Assembly: GCA_963789395.1 (NCBI GenBank)
Contig: CAWBKP010000022.1
Coordinates: forward strand, 32,001 to 96,000
Source of the DNA: an uncultured delta proteobacterium
Lineage (GTDB): Bacteria > Desulfobacterota > Desulfobacteria > Desulfobacterales > Desulfatirhabdiaceae
Direction of reading: 5' to 3'
Length of the DNA stretch: 64,000 nt
Shown here: positions 1 to 9,541 of the stretch, piece after piece
Layout of the letters: each line of letters opens with the position of its first letter
How positions within the stretch are numbered: position 1 is the first letter of the stretch
Position numbers and translations under genes: made by a program
Notes under the pieces: generated by a model
What the model was told of the DNA's origin: nothing
Seen by the model: only the letters and a program-made list of their open reading frames with translations
The model's database searches: none

Positions 1-1
1 G

Positions 2-1450
2 TTGACGCTCTGGCAGAATAAAGCGCGGCGCCTTGCACTCGGTCAATATGCGCGTGAAGTGATCCTAACGAACCATCAGCCGAGTCGATGCGCAGATAAG
101 TATAAAGAGGCCATTGAGAACTTTTATCAAAATGCGGCACAGGGGATGCCGGCGCTCGTGGATGCTATTGCCACTTCAGATCCGTTATTGCAACCGGGAG
201 ACTGGGCGCGTATGGCCACGGCATTGGCCAACAACTTTCCGCCGCGTCCTCGCCGCAGGCAATTGCTGCTGGATATCTCCGATCTCGTTCAGCTTGACGA
301 AAAAAACGGCATACAGCGTGTCGTGCGGGCGCTCTTGAAGGAATTCCTCCTCGAACCGCCTGAGGGATGGGCGGTGGAACCGGTGTACGGAACATCCGAT
401 ACGTCTGGGTATTGCTATGCTCGGCGATTTGCCAGCCGTTTCCTGGGGGTGTATGATGGCTGGACTGAAGACGAGCCGGTTGAAGCTTGGCCAGGCGATA
501 TTTTTCTCGGACTGGGCTCGCAAAACATGGAGGTTTCTGCAAAGAGCGAGTATTTGCTCAGCTGGCACCGGCGGGGCATCAAGGTTTTTTTTATCGTTTA
601 CGACCTGCTTCCCATTCTTATTCCCAACGCTTTCCCAGAGATTGCAAACGGGATTCGCCAACGTTGGCTGGCGGCCATCAGCCAGTTTGATGGTGCGCTA
701 TGTGTTTCCCGGGCGGTGGCGGATGAACTTCAAAACTGGCTGCAAAACTTCGGGCCAGAGCGGGCGCGTCCGTTTTCTCTGCGCTGGTTCCATCCAGGCG
801 CGGATTTGGGGAACCCCGTCTTGTCACGAGGACGTCATGAGGATGCAGATCGATTGTTCGAAGCAATGAACTTCCGGCCCTCTTTCCTGATGGTGGACTC
901 GATTGAGTCACATAAGGGACACGCCCAAACCATAGCCGCATTTGAACTGCTCTGGAAACAAGGGATGAATCCCATTTTGGTACTTGTCGGCAATGAGGGC
1001 TTGATGGTGGAAAGTATGGTAAAATACCTCCGAACCCACCCTGAACGCAACAAGAACCTGTTCTGGACTGAAGGCATCAGCGACGAATATCTGGAAGAAA
1101 TCTATGTCGCTTCGACTTGCCTGATTGCTGCTTCTGAAGGTGAGGGTTTCGGTCTGCCCCTCATCGAAGCCGCCTTACACAAACTCCCCATAATTGCCCG
1201 CGATATTCCCGTATTCAGAGAGGTGGCAGGGGAGTATGCGTATTACTTTGACGGCAAGGCGCCCGAAGATCTTGCGCAGTCGATTGCTAAATGGCTGCAA
1301 TTGCATGAAGCCGGCCATAACCCCACAACAGAAAATATGCCAAGGCTGACGTGTAAAGAAAGTGCTGCACACCTCATGCAAATCTTGCTTGAAGGCCGGA
1401 AGCAAGCCCGCGTTTGCCCCGAATTCATTCCTGTAAAGGAAAGTGAATGA
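2..1450 (+). CDS. GT4 glycosyltransferase (WbpX/WbdA mannosyl/rhamnosyltransferase-like), 5' partial
   Basis: Motifs LLDISDLVQLDEKNGIQRVVR, YDLLP, HKGHAQ and EGEGFGLPLIEA (GT-B ExFGLPxxEA). The ORF is open at the window edge. Confidence 0.9.
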   Translation: MTLWQNKARRLALGQYAREVILTNHQPSRCADKYKEAIENFYQNAAQGMPALVDAIATSDPLLQPGDWARMATALANNFPPRPRRRQLLLDISDLVQLDEKNGIQRVVRALLKEFLLEPPEGWAVEPVYGTSDTSGYCYARRFASRFLGVYDGWTEDEPVEAWPGDIFLGLGSQNMEVSAKSEYLLSWHRRGIKVFFIVYDLLPILIPNAFPEIANGIRQRWLAAISQFDGALCVSRAVADELQNWLQNFGPERARPFSLRWFHPGADLGNPVLSRGRHEDADRLFEAMNFRPSFLMVDSIESHKGHAQTIAAFELLWKQGMNPILVLVGNEGLMVESMVKYLRTHPERNKNLFWTEGISDEYLEEIYVASTCLIAASEGEGFGLPLIEAALHKLPIIARDIPVFREVAGEYAYYFDGKAPEDLAQSIAKWLQLHEAGHNPTTENMPRLTCKESAAHLMQILLEGRKQARVCPEFIPVKESE

Positions 1451-2142
1451 AGCTTTCAGTCGTGATTCCGTGTTACAATGAATTGAACACAATAGAAGCA
1501 GTTATCAAGGCGGTTAAAAATTCTCCCTACGAGAACAAAGAAATCATCATTGTCGATGATTGTTCAAACGACGGCACTCGAGAAAAATTGATTCACCAAA
1601 TCGGTCCCAAAGGAATTGTCGATCAGATTATTTACCACAAAAAAAATCAAGGGAAAGGCGCTGCACTTCGAACCGGGATAATGGTATCCACTGGGGACGT
1701 CCTCATTATTCAGGATGCGGATCTTGAATATGATCCCAATGAATATCCAAAATTACTGGAGCCCATTCTGAACAATAAGGCGGATGTCGTATTCGGCTCG
1801 CGGTTTGTCGGCGGAGAACCGCATCGTGTTCTTTATTTCTGGCATAGAGTCGGTAACGGTTTATTGACGACACTCTCCAATATGCTAACCAATCTTGATC
1901 TTACCGATATGGAAACCTGCTACAAGGTATTTCGCCGGAAAATCATTCAGGGCATTACAATTGAAGAAGACAGGTTCGGCTTTGAACCTGAAATCACCGC
2001 AAAAATATCCAGGCTGCATTGCCGGATTTACGAGGTAGGCATATCCTATCATGGACGAACTTATGCGGAAGGTAAAAAAATTATCTGGAAAGATGGTTTC
2101 AGGGCCCTCTACTGTATTTTAAAGTACAACCTTTTCCGTTAA
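1447..2142 (+). CDS. GT2 DPM1-like polyprenol-phosphate glycosyltransferase
   Basis: SVVIPCYNE, VDDCSNDGT, NQGKGAA, QDADLEYDP, TDMETCYK, FGFEPEITAK. Confidence 0.9.
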   Translation: MKLSVVIPCYNELNTIEAVIKAVKNSPYENKEIIIVDDCSNDGTREKLIHQIGPKGIVDQIIYHKKNQGKGAALRTGIMVSTGDVLIIQDADLEYDPNEYPKLLEPILNNKADVVFGSRFVGGEPHRVLYFWHRVGNGLLTTLSNMLTNLDLTDMETCYKVFRRKIIQGITIEEDRFGFEPEITAKISRLHCRIYEVGISYHGRTYAEGKKIIWKDGFRALYCILKYNLFR

Positions 2143-2284
2143 GCGGCACCTGCTGCCGGTCAGTGCTTCATTCTCATCTTAAAAATAAATTGGCATTCTC
2201 AGCAATCATGCCTTAACGACTGTCGGGTAAGGATCCTGCGAATCGAGTGTGAGTTGAAAATACGTTTTTCCAGAGAGAACATCC

Positions 2285-3794
2285 ATGACGACCTTTCTTT
2301 CGACTCATAGATTCCCTGTAATGAATTTAAACAAGTGGTTATCGGGTTTTGTTGTCGACTCGGTGCTTCTTGCATTATTGGCGCTCCTGACCGTGAACCG
2401 CTTTTCTCCTGAGTTTCTGAATGCGGATGTGATTTTAAACTCGGTGATGTCGCTTCAGAATGTTACGCTGTTTTATTGGGGTCAAAATCGCCTGGCAAAT
2501 CTACTGCCATTGGCGGTTTCCCCGATCAGCAATCCAGTGCTTAACCTCTATGCTTGTCTTTTTATTGTGACGGTTGTTTTTTATTGCTTGATATGGTTTT
2601 GGGCGGATCGTTTGTCGAAGATGAATTGTCCGGATAGTGAATATAGTCTGGAGAGGAGAGAGGTTTTTCTTGTTCTAATAAGTATCTTTTTTTTCGTTGC
2701 AAGACCGAAGACAGTCTTCGAAATTGTGACTTGGCATGTCGAATATACCCTGTCTTACCTCTTGTTGGGGGTCGCGTTCTTCTATTGTTTCGGCCGCCAA
2801 AAATCATTTTTGATGCTGATTGCAGTGACAGGAGCATGCTCTGGCTGTTGCTGTTGGAATTAACTATAGCATCATAATCCCGGCGCTGGCCCTTGTGTCG
2901 GGACGTGCATTCTTAAAGAAAAAACTGGATATTGATTCACTTGTCTTCAGCGGTTTGGTGGTGGTTTTTTCCCTTTCATGGGGATTGGCCGCACGTTTTT
3001 ATCCAGCCCCCGGCATACCTTATGCGAGTATAGCGTTTTCGCAACTGAATCATTCTGTCCAGATTGTCGCAAAGAATCTGATAGATGCAGTGTATTTGAG
3101 CAATGTAGTAATGGTAATACTGGCCGCTTGTCTATTGAAAATTGTTACTTTTAGCTCAGCACAAAAGGCTGCTTCGTCAGGTAGCACCCGTAATGGCCTG
3201 ATTGTGATGATGATACTCGTTTTTTCAGGAGCGTGGACACTCCTTTTTTCGATCAACTCCTGGGTGGCTGCCAATTCCTTTCATTTTAGGTACTTTGTAC
3301 CGTTGATTTTTGTCGGAATGATGCTCCTTTCTTTTGAAGTCAGAAATATCGCAGTTTTTCTCAGCAGGCGGCAACGCTATGCCTTATCGGTTTTGCTGGC
3401 TTCTTGGTTGATCGTTCATCTGACACAGCCGTTTGTGTTTTTGCGTGATTACTCGGTGTTCAATCGCATTGATGCTGTTTTAACGGACAATATTGTTGGA
3501 TACGCAGGGGATTATTGGTCAGTTTGGCCTGCGGTAATGAAAAAACTATTCGAACGGAAGGAGAGTTTCGGGTTTACCTTTCGGGCCGTTGGCAACCAGG
3601 AGAATCTGAAGCGTCATTTTAAGGAGGCTGGGCCAGGGAGTGGTTGTCAGACGATTGGATGTCTAAAGGCACCGATCGATCAGTGCCTTTCACAGATTAG
3701 GGGTTTCCTGGGTAATGTGGGGTTGGACCATGCTGAGTTGGTTGGGGACAACTTCTGGTTGTTGCACATCTATTTCATGAACGAACCTTTGTAG
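2285..3794 (+). CDS. Polytopic membrane protein, GT-C-like (split by a frameshift near 2850-2890)
   Basis: Two consecutive hydrophobic ORFs (2285-2863, 2895-3794) with an acidic NAD motif after the first TM, FYWGQNR, and a C-terminal GDYW motif. Lies directly after a DPM1-like GT2. Confidence 0.55.
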
Positions 3795-3819
3795 AGGCTG
3801 ATTTTAATTTAAATAAGGC

Positions 3820-5961
3820 ATGATTAGAAAACATTTATCATCCATAGGCTTACAGTGGTTGGCAATCCTTGGCATCCCTCTGATTTACTGGTCATACAGC
3901 AGATCTTATAGCGGTCCCGCATATCTTTCCGACGAGATCGGTTATCTATCGAATGCCATTTTTCTGGCAGGCTATTATATTGATGGCGCGAGCAGCTGGC
4001 ACGCAGGGTACTCATTTCTGTTGTCGCCCCTTTTCAGGATTTTTTCTGATGTGGCAAGCATATGGGCAGGAGCGATGATGCTTAATGCTCTCCTATGGGT
4101 GCTGTCTTTCTATTTACTTGATCGCCTTATGGTGATCTGGTGCCCGAACATAAATGAGGTCAAGCGGATACTTATTTTACTTTTTGTAGGGGCATACCCC
4201 GCTTGGATGACCATGTCAGGATATGTATTCACTACCCCAGCTTTCGTTGTTTTTTACCTTGCTGGACTGGTTAACCTTGCATCTATTAAAGAATACAATT
4301 GTAAAAATATTTTTCCATTTACGATTTTAGTCGGTCTGTTGTACTGGATTCATCCAGCAGGGCTTGCTGTTGCGGGCGCATCAATAATTGTGGTCTCCAT
4401 CTGGTCTATAAGGAATCGATCATATAGCGGTTTGTTTTTTCACGCCATTGGAGTTGTTGTTCTGATTTTCGCGTATAAATTCGGGATTCATCCATGGTTG
4501 GCCGATGGCATGACTCCAGCAGGTTACCGTCCCATTACGCATTATCCATCGCTTTCAAAAGTATTCGCCCGCATAGGAGGAATGAATTATTGGCTCGATA
4601 AATGTGCGCAGGCGATCGGCCAGATCTCATATCTTACCGTCGGAAGCTTCGGCTTGGCCTTCTTCGGGTTTAGCAATTTATTTGTCCGTGCAAAGAGGCT
4701 GCTGTCCAGAGAGCATTTTGAGCAGGGTGATGTAGCAGGGGGCTATGCAATTTTTTCTTGTCTCAGCGTCATCGCCATTGGGGTAATTGCACTTAACCCA
4801 AGGCGTATAGACCATTGGATATATGGTCGATATTTAGACCAAGTTTCTATGCCGGTAATAGCGGTCGGCGCAATGTCTTTGCTTGGAATGAAGGGGCGTA
4901 CGAGAATCATATCGACAGTTTTGGCTGTTTGTATCGTTGTCGGAGCCGGATTCCTGACGGGGTCCAGGCATATTGTAACAGAATTCAATAATTTGATTAA
5001 TACGCCCGCTTTCTGGCCACAATATGTTTTCCCTCAAGCGGGCATGCTCAGCTGGATGGCTCTTGGAGCATTGGCCATTGGGGCTGTGGGTATCGGGGGC
5101 AAGTACGTTGCCTTGCTGGCCGTGCTTTCATCATTTGTAGCCAGCTCGATCAATCAGTCTCAATGGCATCTTCAGATCCAATCCTTCCATAGCAAGCCTT
5201 CTTCCATCGTTGATATTGTTAGAGCGAATTATACGCCGGGTGCCTGTGTCGGTTTTGATACCGAATTTCCGGATTGGGTAGATCTCTACAGAAAGGAGAG
5301 ATTCCAGCTCTATAAATTTTATTTCTATGATTATGGTTATAGACGGATATCTATAAAAGAATGGCGCAATGGTTGTGATGGTCCCCTTTTGACCTACAAT
5401 CCGCAGCAATTCATCGGAAAAACTACAGAGAACGTTCTTGCGCGGGAGAATGATTCGGGTTTGTTCCTTGTGGTTAAAGATGGCATGAAGAAGGCGGACA
5501 TTTCAGCAGGTATTCGCTTGCGTAGCGATATCTCGTTGGCGACAACGATGGATGACGCTTGTCTGCTATCGGGTTGCTATGCCGTCAAATATGATGAGCT
5601 GATTCGCTTTTCCCAGGTCGGTGTTATTCGCGACGGTATGTTGTCGAGTGATGGAAGAGCGGGCTATTTGTTTTATGGCCCATATAGAGCACTTGATAAG
5701 GGATTTTATTCACTTGTGATACGTGGAAACTTTTTTGTTTCGGATACTGCGGTTATCGAGATCGCGAGTGATCAAGGGAAGAAAATTTATTTGCAGAGAA
5801 GATTTTCTCAAGGAGAATGCTCGTCCGGTGAAGCGTTGCTGCCGTTTCAGTTGGAGGAGAAGACAACGGGTCTTGAGGTCAGGCTGCGCGTTGGCAGTAA
5901 AGATCGGGTTTCGATCATGGGCTATGAAATTGTTGCCGCAGATGTGCGCCATGCCCCCTGA
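3820..5961 (+). CDS. GT-C-like membrane glycosyltransferase with C-terminal periplasmic domain
   Basis: SDEIGY acidic motif after TM1, many TM segments, YGRY motif, and a soluble C-terminal domain with GYLFYGPY...G.Y. Confidence 0.6.
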   Translation: MIRKHLSSIGLQWLAILGIPLIYWSYSRSYSGPAYLSDEIGYLSNAIFLAGYYIDGASSWHAGYSFLLSPLFRIFSDVASIWAGAMMLNALLWVLSFYLLDRLMVIWCPNINEVKRILILLFVGAYPAWMTMSGYVFTTPAFVVFYLAGLVNLASIKEYNCKNIFPFTILVGLLYWIHPAGLAVAGASIIVVSIWSIRNRSYSGLFFHAIGVVVLIFAYKFGIHPWLADGMTPAGYRPITHYPSLSKVFARIGGMNYWLDKCAQAIGQISYLTVGSFGLAFFGFSNLFVRAKRLLSREHFEQGDVAGGYAIFSCLSVIAIGVIALNPRRIDHWIYGRYLDQVSMPVIAVGAMSLLGMKGRTRIISTVLAVCIVVGAGFLTGSRHIVTEFNNLINTPAFWPQYVFPQAGMLSWMALGALAIGAVGIGGKYVALLAVLSSFVASSINQSQWHLQIQSFHSKPSSIVDIVRANYTPGACVGFDTEFPDWVDLYRKERFQLYKFYFYDYGYRRISIKEWRNGCDGPLLTYNPQQFIGKTTENVLARENDSGLFLVVKDGMKKADISAGIRLRSDISLATTMDDACLLSGCYAVKYDELIRFSQVGVIRDGMLSSDGRAGYLFYGPYRALDKGFYSLVIRGNFFVSDTAVIEIASDQGKKIYLQRRFSQGECSSGEALLPFQLEEKTTGLEVRLRVGSKDRVSIMGYEIVAADVRHAP

Positions 5962-6012
5962 GGGTCAGCTATTTATGCTCGCCGGTAATAATTCATTGCC
6001 AAAGGAGTGCTA

Positions 6013-6978
6013 TTGAAACTTATCATCCAAATCCCTTGCTACAACGAGGCTGAGACGCTGCCAGTCACCTTGGCTGCGCTCCCACGACAGGTATCCGGTT
6101 TTGATACGGTTGAATGGCTGATCATTGACGATGGGAGCCGGGACGACACTGTGGCGGTGGCACGGGAAAATGGCGTCGATCACATAGTGAGTCATACCAA
6201 CAATAAGGGCTTGGCGCGTGCTTTCATAACTGGTTTGGAAACCTGTCTGCGATTGGGTGCGGATGTGATCGTCAACACCGATGCCGACAATCAGTACGAT
6301 GCAAACGACATCCCGGCGCTGACCTTGCCCATTCTGGAACAGCGTGCAGAGATCGTGGTGGGTGCTCGGCCCATCGTGTCCATCGAGCATTTTTCCCCTG
6401 TTAAAAAGATACTGCAAAAGCTGGGCAGTTGGGCGGTTCGGGTTGCCAGCAGTACCGACGTCCCCGACGCTCCCAGCGGTTTTCGGGCCATGAGCCGCAA
6501 CGCGGCGCAACGGCTGATGGTGTTCAATGATTATACCTACACGCTTGAAACCATCATCCAGGCCGGGCAGAAGAACATGGCCATCGCTTCGGTGCCCATC
6601 CGAGTGAATGCAGACATGCGCCCCTCGCGTCTGGTCAAAAACATTCCCTCGTATATCAAGCGCAGTCTCCTGACCATCATCCGCATCTTCATTATCTATA
6701 GACCGTTCAGCTTCTTCGGATCGATTGGGGCAGCGCTGTTTGGTGTGGGTTTTCTGATCGGGCTTCGGTTTATGTGGAAATACTTGGGTGGTGCGGGTCA
6801 GGGTCATGTCCAGTCTTTGATTCTCGCATCGGTATTGATGGGAATGGGGTTCCAGGCCTTATTAATTGCTTTTGTAGCCGATTTGCTTTCTGCGAATCGA
6901 AAACTGATAGAGGATGTCCGTTTTTTGCTGTTGGACAAAAACACTAAGTTATCCGAGGAAAGAAGCAAAAAAAAGTGA
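6013..6978 (+). CDS. GT2 DPM1-like glycosyltransferase with C-terminal TM helices
   Basis: KLIIQIPCYNE, IDDGSRD, NTDADNQY, PDAPSGFRA, YTYTLET. TTG start follows an AAGGAG RBS. Confidence 0.9.
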   Translation: MKLIIQIPCYNEAETLPVTLAALPRQVSGFDTVEWLIIDDGSRDDTVAVARENGVDHIVSHTNNKGLARAFITGLETCLRLGADVIVNTDADNQYDANDIPALTLPILEQRAEIVVGARPIVSIEHFSPVKKILQKLGSWAVRVASSTDVPDAPSGFRAMSRNAAQRLMVFNDYTYTLETIIQAGQKNMAIASVPIRVNADMRPSRLVKNIPSYIKRSLLTIIRIFIIYRPFSFFGSIGAALFGVGFLIGLRFMWKYLGGAGQGHVQSLILASVLMGMGFQALLIAFVADLLSANRKLIEDVRFLLLDKNTKLSEERSKKK

Positions 6979-7026
6979 GCGAAATGGGTTTTTTGTCCAC
7001 TACATCCATGAAAAGAGGTTAGTCTG

Positions 7027-8148
7027 GTGAGGGTGATAATGTGGGGAACATTCGATCTTGGCAAACCGCGTGTAAGGATACTTGAACGTGGACTGCGAAT
7101 GAACGGCATCGAAGTAATCTTGTGTCACCATGAGGTCTGGAACCATATTGATGACAAAAGTCAGATAAAGGACCCTTCCCAAAGATTACGTTTGCTTTTC
7201 AAATGGCTATTGGCCTACCCGTCATTAATATACCGCTATTTAAGGCAGCCTAGACACGATGCCGTGCTTGTATCCTATTTGGGGCATCTGGATGTACTCG
7301 TTCTATGGCTTTTCGCTAAGTTGCGAGGCGTCCCTATTATTTGGGATGTCTTTTTATCCCTGTATAATACGATTGTGGAAGATCGTCGCATTTTAAGTGC
7401 ACGCAATCCCTTGGCCAAACTGATATGGGTTTTGGAGTGGCTGGCATGCCGATTCGCCAAACGGGTGATTTTCGATACCCGGGCACATGCAGATTATTTC
7501 GTAAGTATGTTCGGCCTGAGGGTAAGTCGTAGCGGTGTTGTGCTGGTCGGCGCTGAACCGGAGGTCTTTCCTCTCGTTGCGGACGCAGATGTTCCTGTCA
7601 CGGCCGAAAAACGCGTGCTATTTTATGGACAATTCATCCCTTTGCATGGTATCGAAACAATAATTCGTGCGGCGAGGGAGACACGAGATGAGAAAATTCG
7701 CTGGGTCATCATTGGCAAGGGCCAGGAACAGGGCCGAATAAAGGGCATGCTCGATGAGACGCCGCTTTCCCGGGTCGAATGCGTGCCATGGGTGAATTAT
7801 CCGGAACTCACAAAATGGATCAGCCGCGCGGATGTTTGTCTTGGCATTTTTGGCGATTCGGTCAAGGCAGCCTGTGTGATTCCCAACAAGGTGTTCCAGA
7901 TACTGATGAGCGGAAAACCCCTGATTACACGAGATTCGCCGGCTATCCGGGAACTGTTGAGCACCGAAATGCCCGGTATTTGGCTGGTTCCTCCAGCGGA
8001 CGCTGAGGCGTTGGCGAAAGCGGTGCGTGAGAGTCTTGTAAGTCAAGCCTGCTGGTCCAATCTGCATTTTGCCATCAGGGATCGAATATCGCCCTGCAGC
8101 ATCGGATACAGACTGGCCCAAATTATCAGAGTTGCGGTATCGGGCTAA
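7027..8148 (+). CDS. GT4 glycosyltransferase
   Basis: LFYGQFIPLHG, CLGIFG...VIPNKVFQ, typical GT-B C-terminal domain. Confidence 0.88.
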   Translation: MRVIMWGTFDLGKPRVRILERGLRMNGIEVILCHHEVWNHIDDKSQIKDPSQRLRLLFKWLLAYPSLIYRYLRQPRHDAVLVSYLGHLDVLVLWLFAKLRGVPIIWDVFLSLYNTIVEDRRILSARNPLAKLIWVLEWLACRFAKRVIFDTRAHADYFVSMFGLRVSRSGVVLVGAEPEVFPLVADADVPVTAEKRVLFYGQFIPLHGIETIIRAARETRDEKIRWVIIGKGQEQGRIKGMLDETPLSRVECVPWVNYPELTKWISRADVCLGIFGDSVKAACVIPNKVFQILMSGKPLITRDSPAIRELLSTEMPGIWLVPPADAEALAKAVRESLVSQACWSNLHFAIRDRISPCSIGYRLAQIIRVAVSG

Positions 8149-8274
8149 CGAAACATATATGAAATCTCATCAGGTCTACAGTTCGAGCGTACCGGAACTG
8201 GACTGGTTTCCGCGCGCAGATAGGCGAGTGGTTTAGACAGGTATCGACATATATCAAAAAAGTGATCTCAGCGT

Positions 8275-9525
8275 ATGCGTCGGAAGCGGATTGTAATCAT
8301 CAATCAACATGGCGAGAACCGGGGGGATGAGGCGGCTTTGCGGGCCATGATTCGGGGTCTGGATGCGGAATTAGGTGGACGCGTCGATTTTGACGTTGTC
8401 GTGCAATTCAGGGACCGATCACTGGTCATCCCGTTCGAACAGTCCGTGCGGTTTCATCATATGGTTATGCCTGTTCACGAGATCGCTCTTATGAGTTTGT
8501 ATGCATTGTTTAAAGCAGTTGGGCTGGAGGCTGGATTCCTGCTTCACGGGGAAGCCAAGAAGATCATGTTGGCTATCAAACAGGGCGACATGGTTATCTC
8601 GGCGCCGGGCGGCCCATATTTTGGAGACATCTACGCGGCGCATGAGCCGGTTCATTGGCTTTATGTCTGCCTGGCGCGGCTGTATGGCAAACCCTTGTTC
8701 CTGTATTCAACATCTGCAGGGCCTTTCAAGAAAGCTGCTTACAACTGGTTCCGGCGACGGGTGTTCAGGCTGTTCGATAAATTATGTATAAGGGAAACAC
8801 AATCACTGATATATCTCCGCAAGCTGCTCGGTCCTGCGGCCGAGATTCATCTAACAGCAGATGCAGCGATTCAGGAGAAGATAGAGCCTTTTGGTCGGAC
8901 TCAATACTTTTGCGGCGACCGTACCGAGCCGGCGTACAAATTTATTGTAGCCGTCACTGGCATGCAGTACCGTTATCCCGGATGCCTGGACCCGCCATGG
9001 CAACGAGCCCATTTTACCGAGGTGTTTTTAACTTGCCTGAAGCACCTGGCTGGGCAATGTGAATGCCATTTCATTTTTCTGCCCCAGCTTTATGGTAACG
9101 TGCATAACGATACACTTTACCACGAATTACTCGGGCGGCGCCTGCCAATCGGTACAAGCTGGGGCGTGGTTCCTCCAGATTTCGATTCTGATCGACACCG
9201 TAAGGTTTTCGGTATGGCAGATCTCTGCCTGGCCAGCCGATATCACCCCCAGATATTTGCCACTACGAGTGGCGTGCCGGGGGTGTTTCCCTGTTACGAG
9301 CATAAACAGTTCGCATTCCTGGAGGCCATGGGGATGCGGGAGTTCGCTTTTGATATCCGGGAACTGGATGCGGGGGAACTCTGTGCGGCACTGGACAAGG
9401 TGATCGACCGGCGAGAGGAGCTTTCGTCAATGCTCAGGAATAATGCGATTGCCCTTCGGGAAAAATCGCGGGAAAGCACGCTTTTGGCTGCCGGGCTGTT
9501 TCGTTCGATCAATGAGACAGCCTGA
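8275..9525 (+). CDS. Polysaccharide pyruvyl transferase (WcaK/CsaB-like)
   Basis: NRGDEA, PGGPYFGD, IRE, TADAA, SRYH and YEHK motifs. Confidence 0.88.
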   Translation: MRRKRIVIINQHGENRGDEAALRAMIRGLDAELGGRVDFDVVVQFRDRSLVIPFEQSVRFHHMVMPVHEIALMSLYALFKAVGLEAGFLLHGEAKKIMLAIKQGDMVISAPGGPYFGDIYAAHEPVHWLYVCLARLYGKPLFLYSTSAGPFKKAAYNWFRRRVFRLFDKLCIRETQSLIYLRKLLGPAAEIHLTADAAIQEKIEPFGRTQYFCGDRTEPAYKFIVAVTGMQYRYPGCLDPPWQRAHFTEVFLTCLKHLAGQCECHFIFLPQLYGNVHNDTLYHELLGRRLPIGTSWGVVPPDFDSDRHRKVFGMADLCLASRYHPQIFATTSGVPGVFPCYEHKQFAFLEAMGMREFAFDIRELDAGELCAALDKVIDRREELSSMLRNNAIALREKSRESTLLAAGLFRSINETA

Positions 9526-9541
9526 GGTGGCGGAGGCGAAA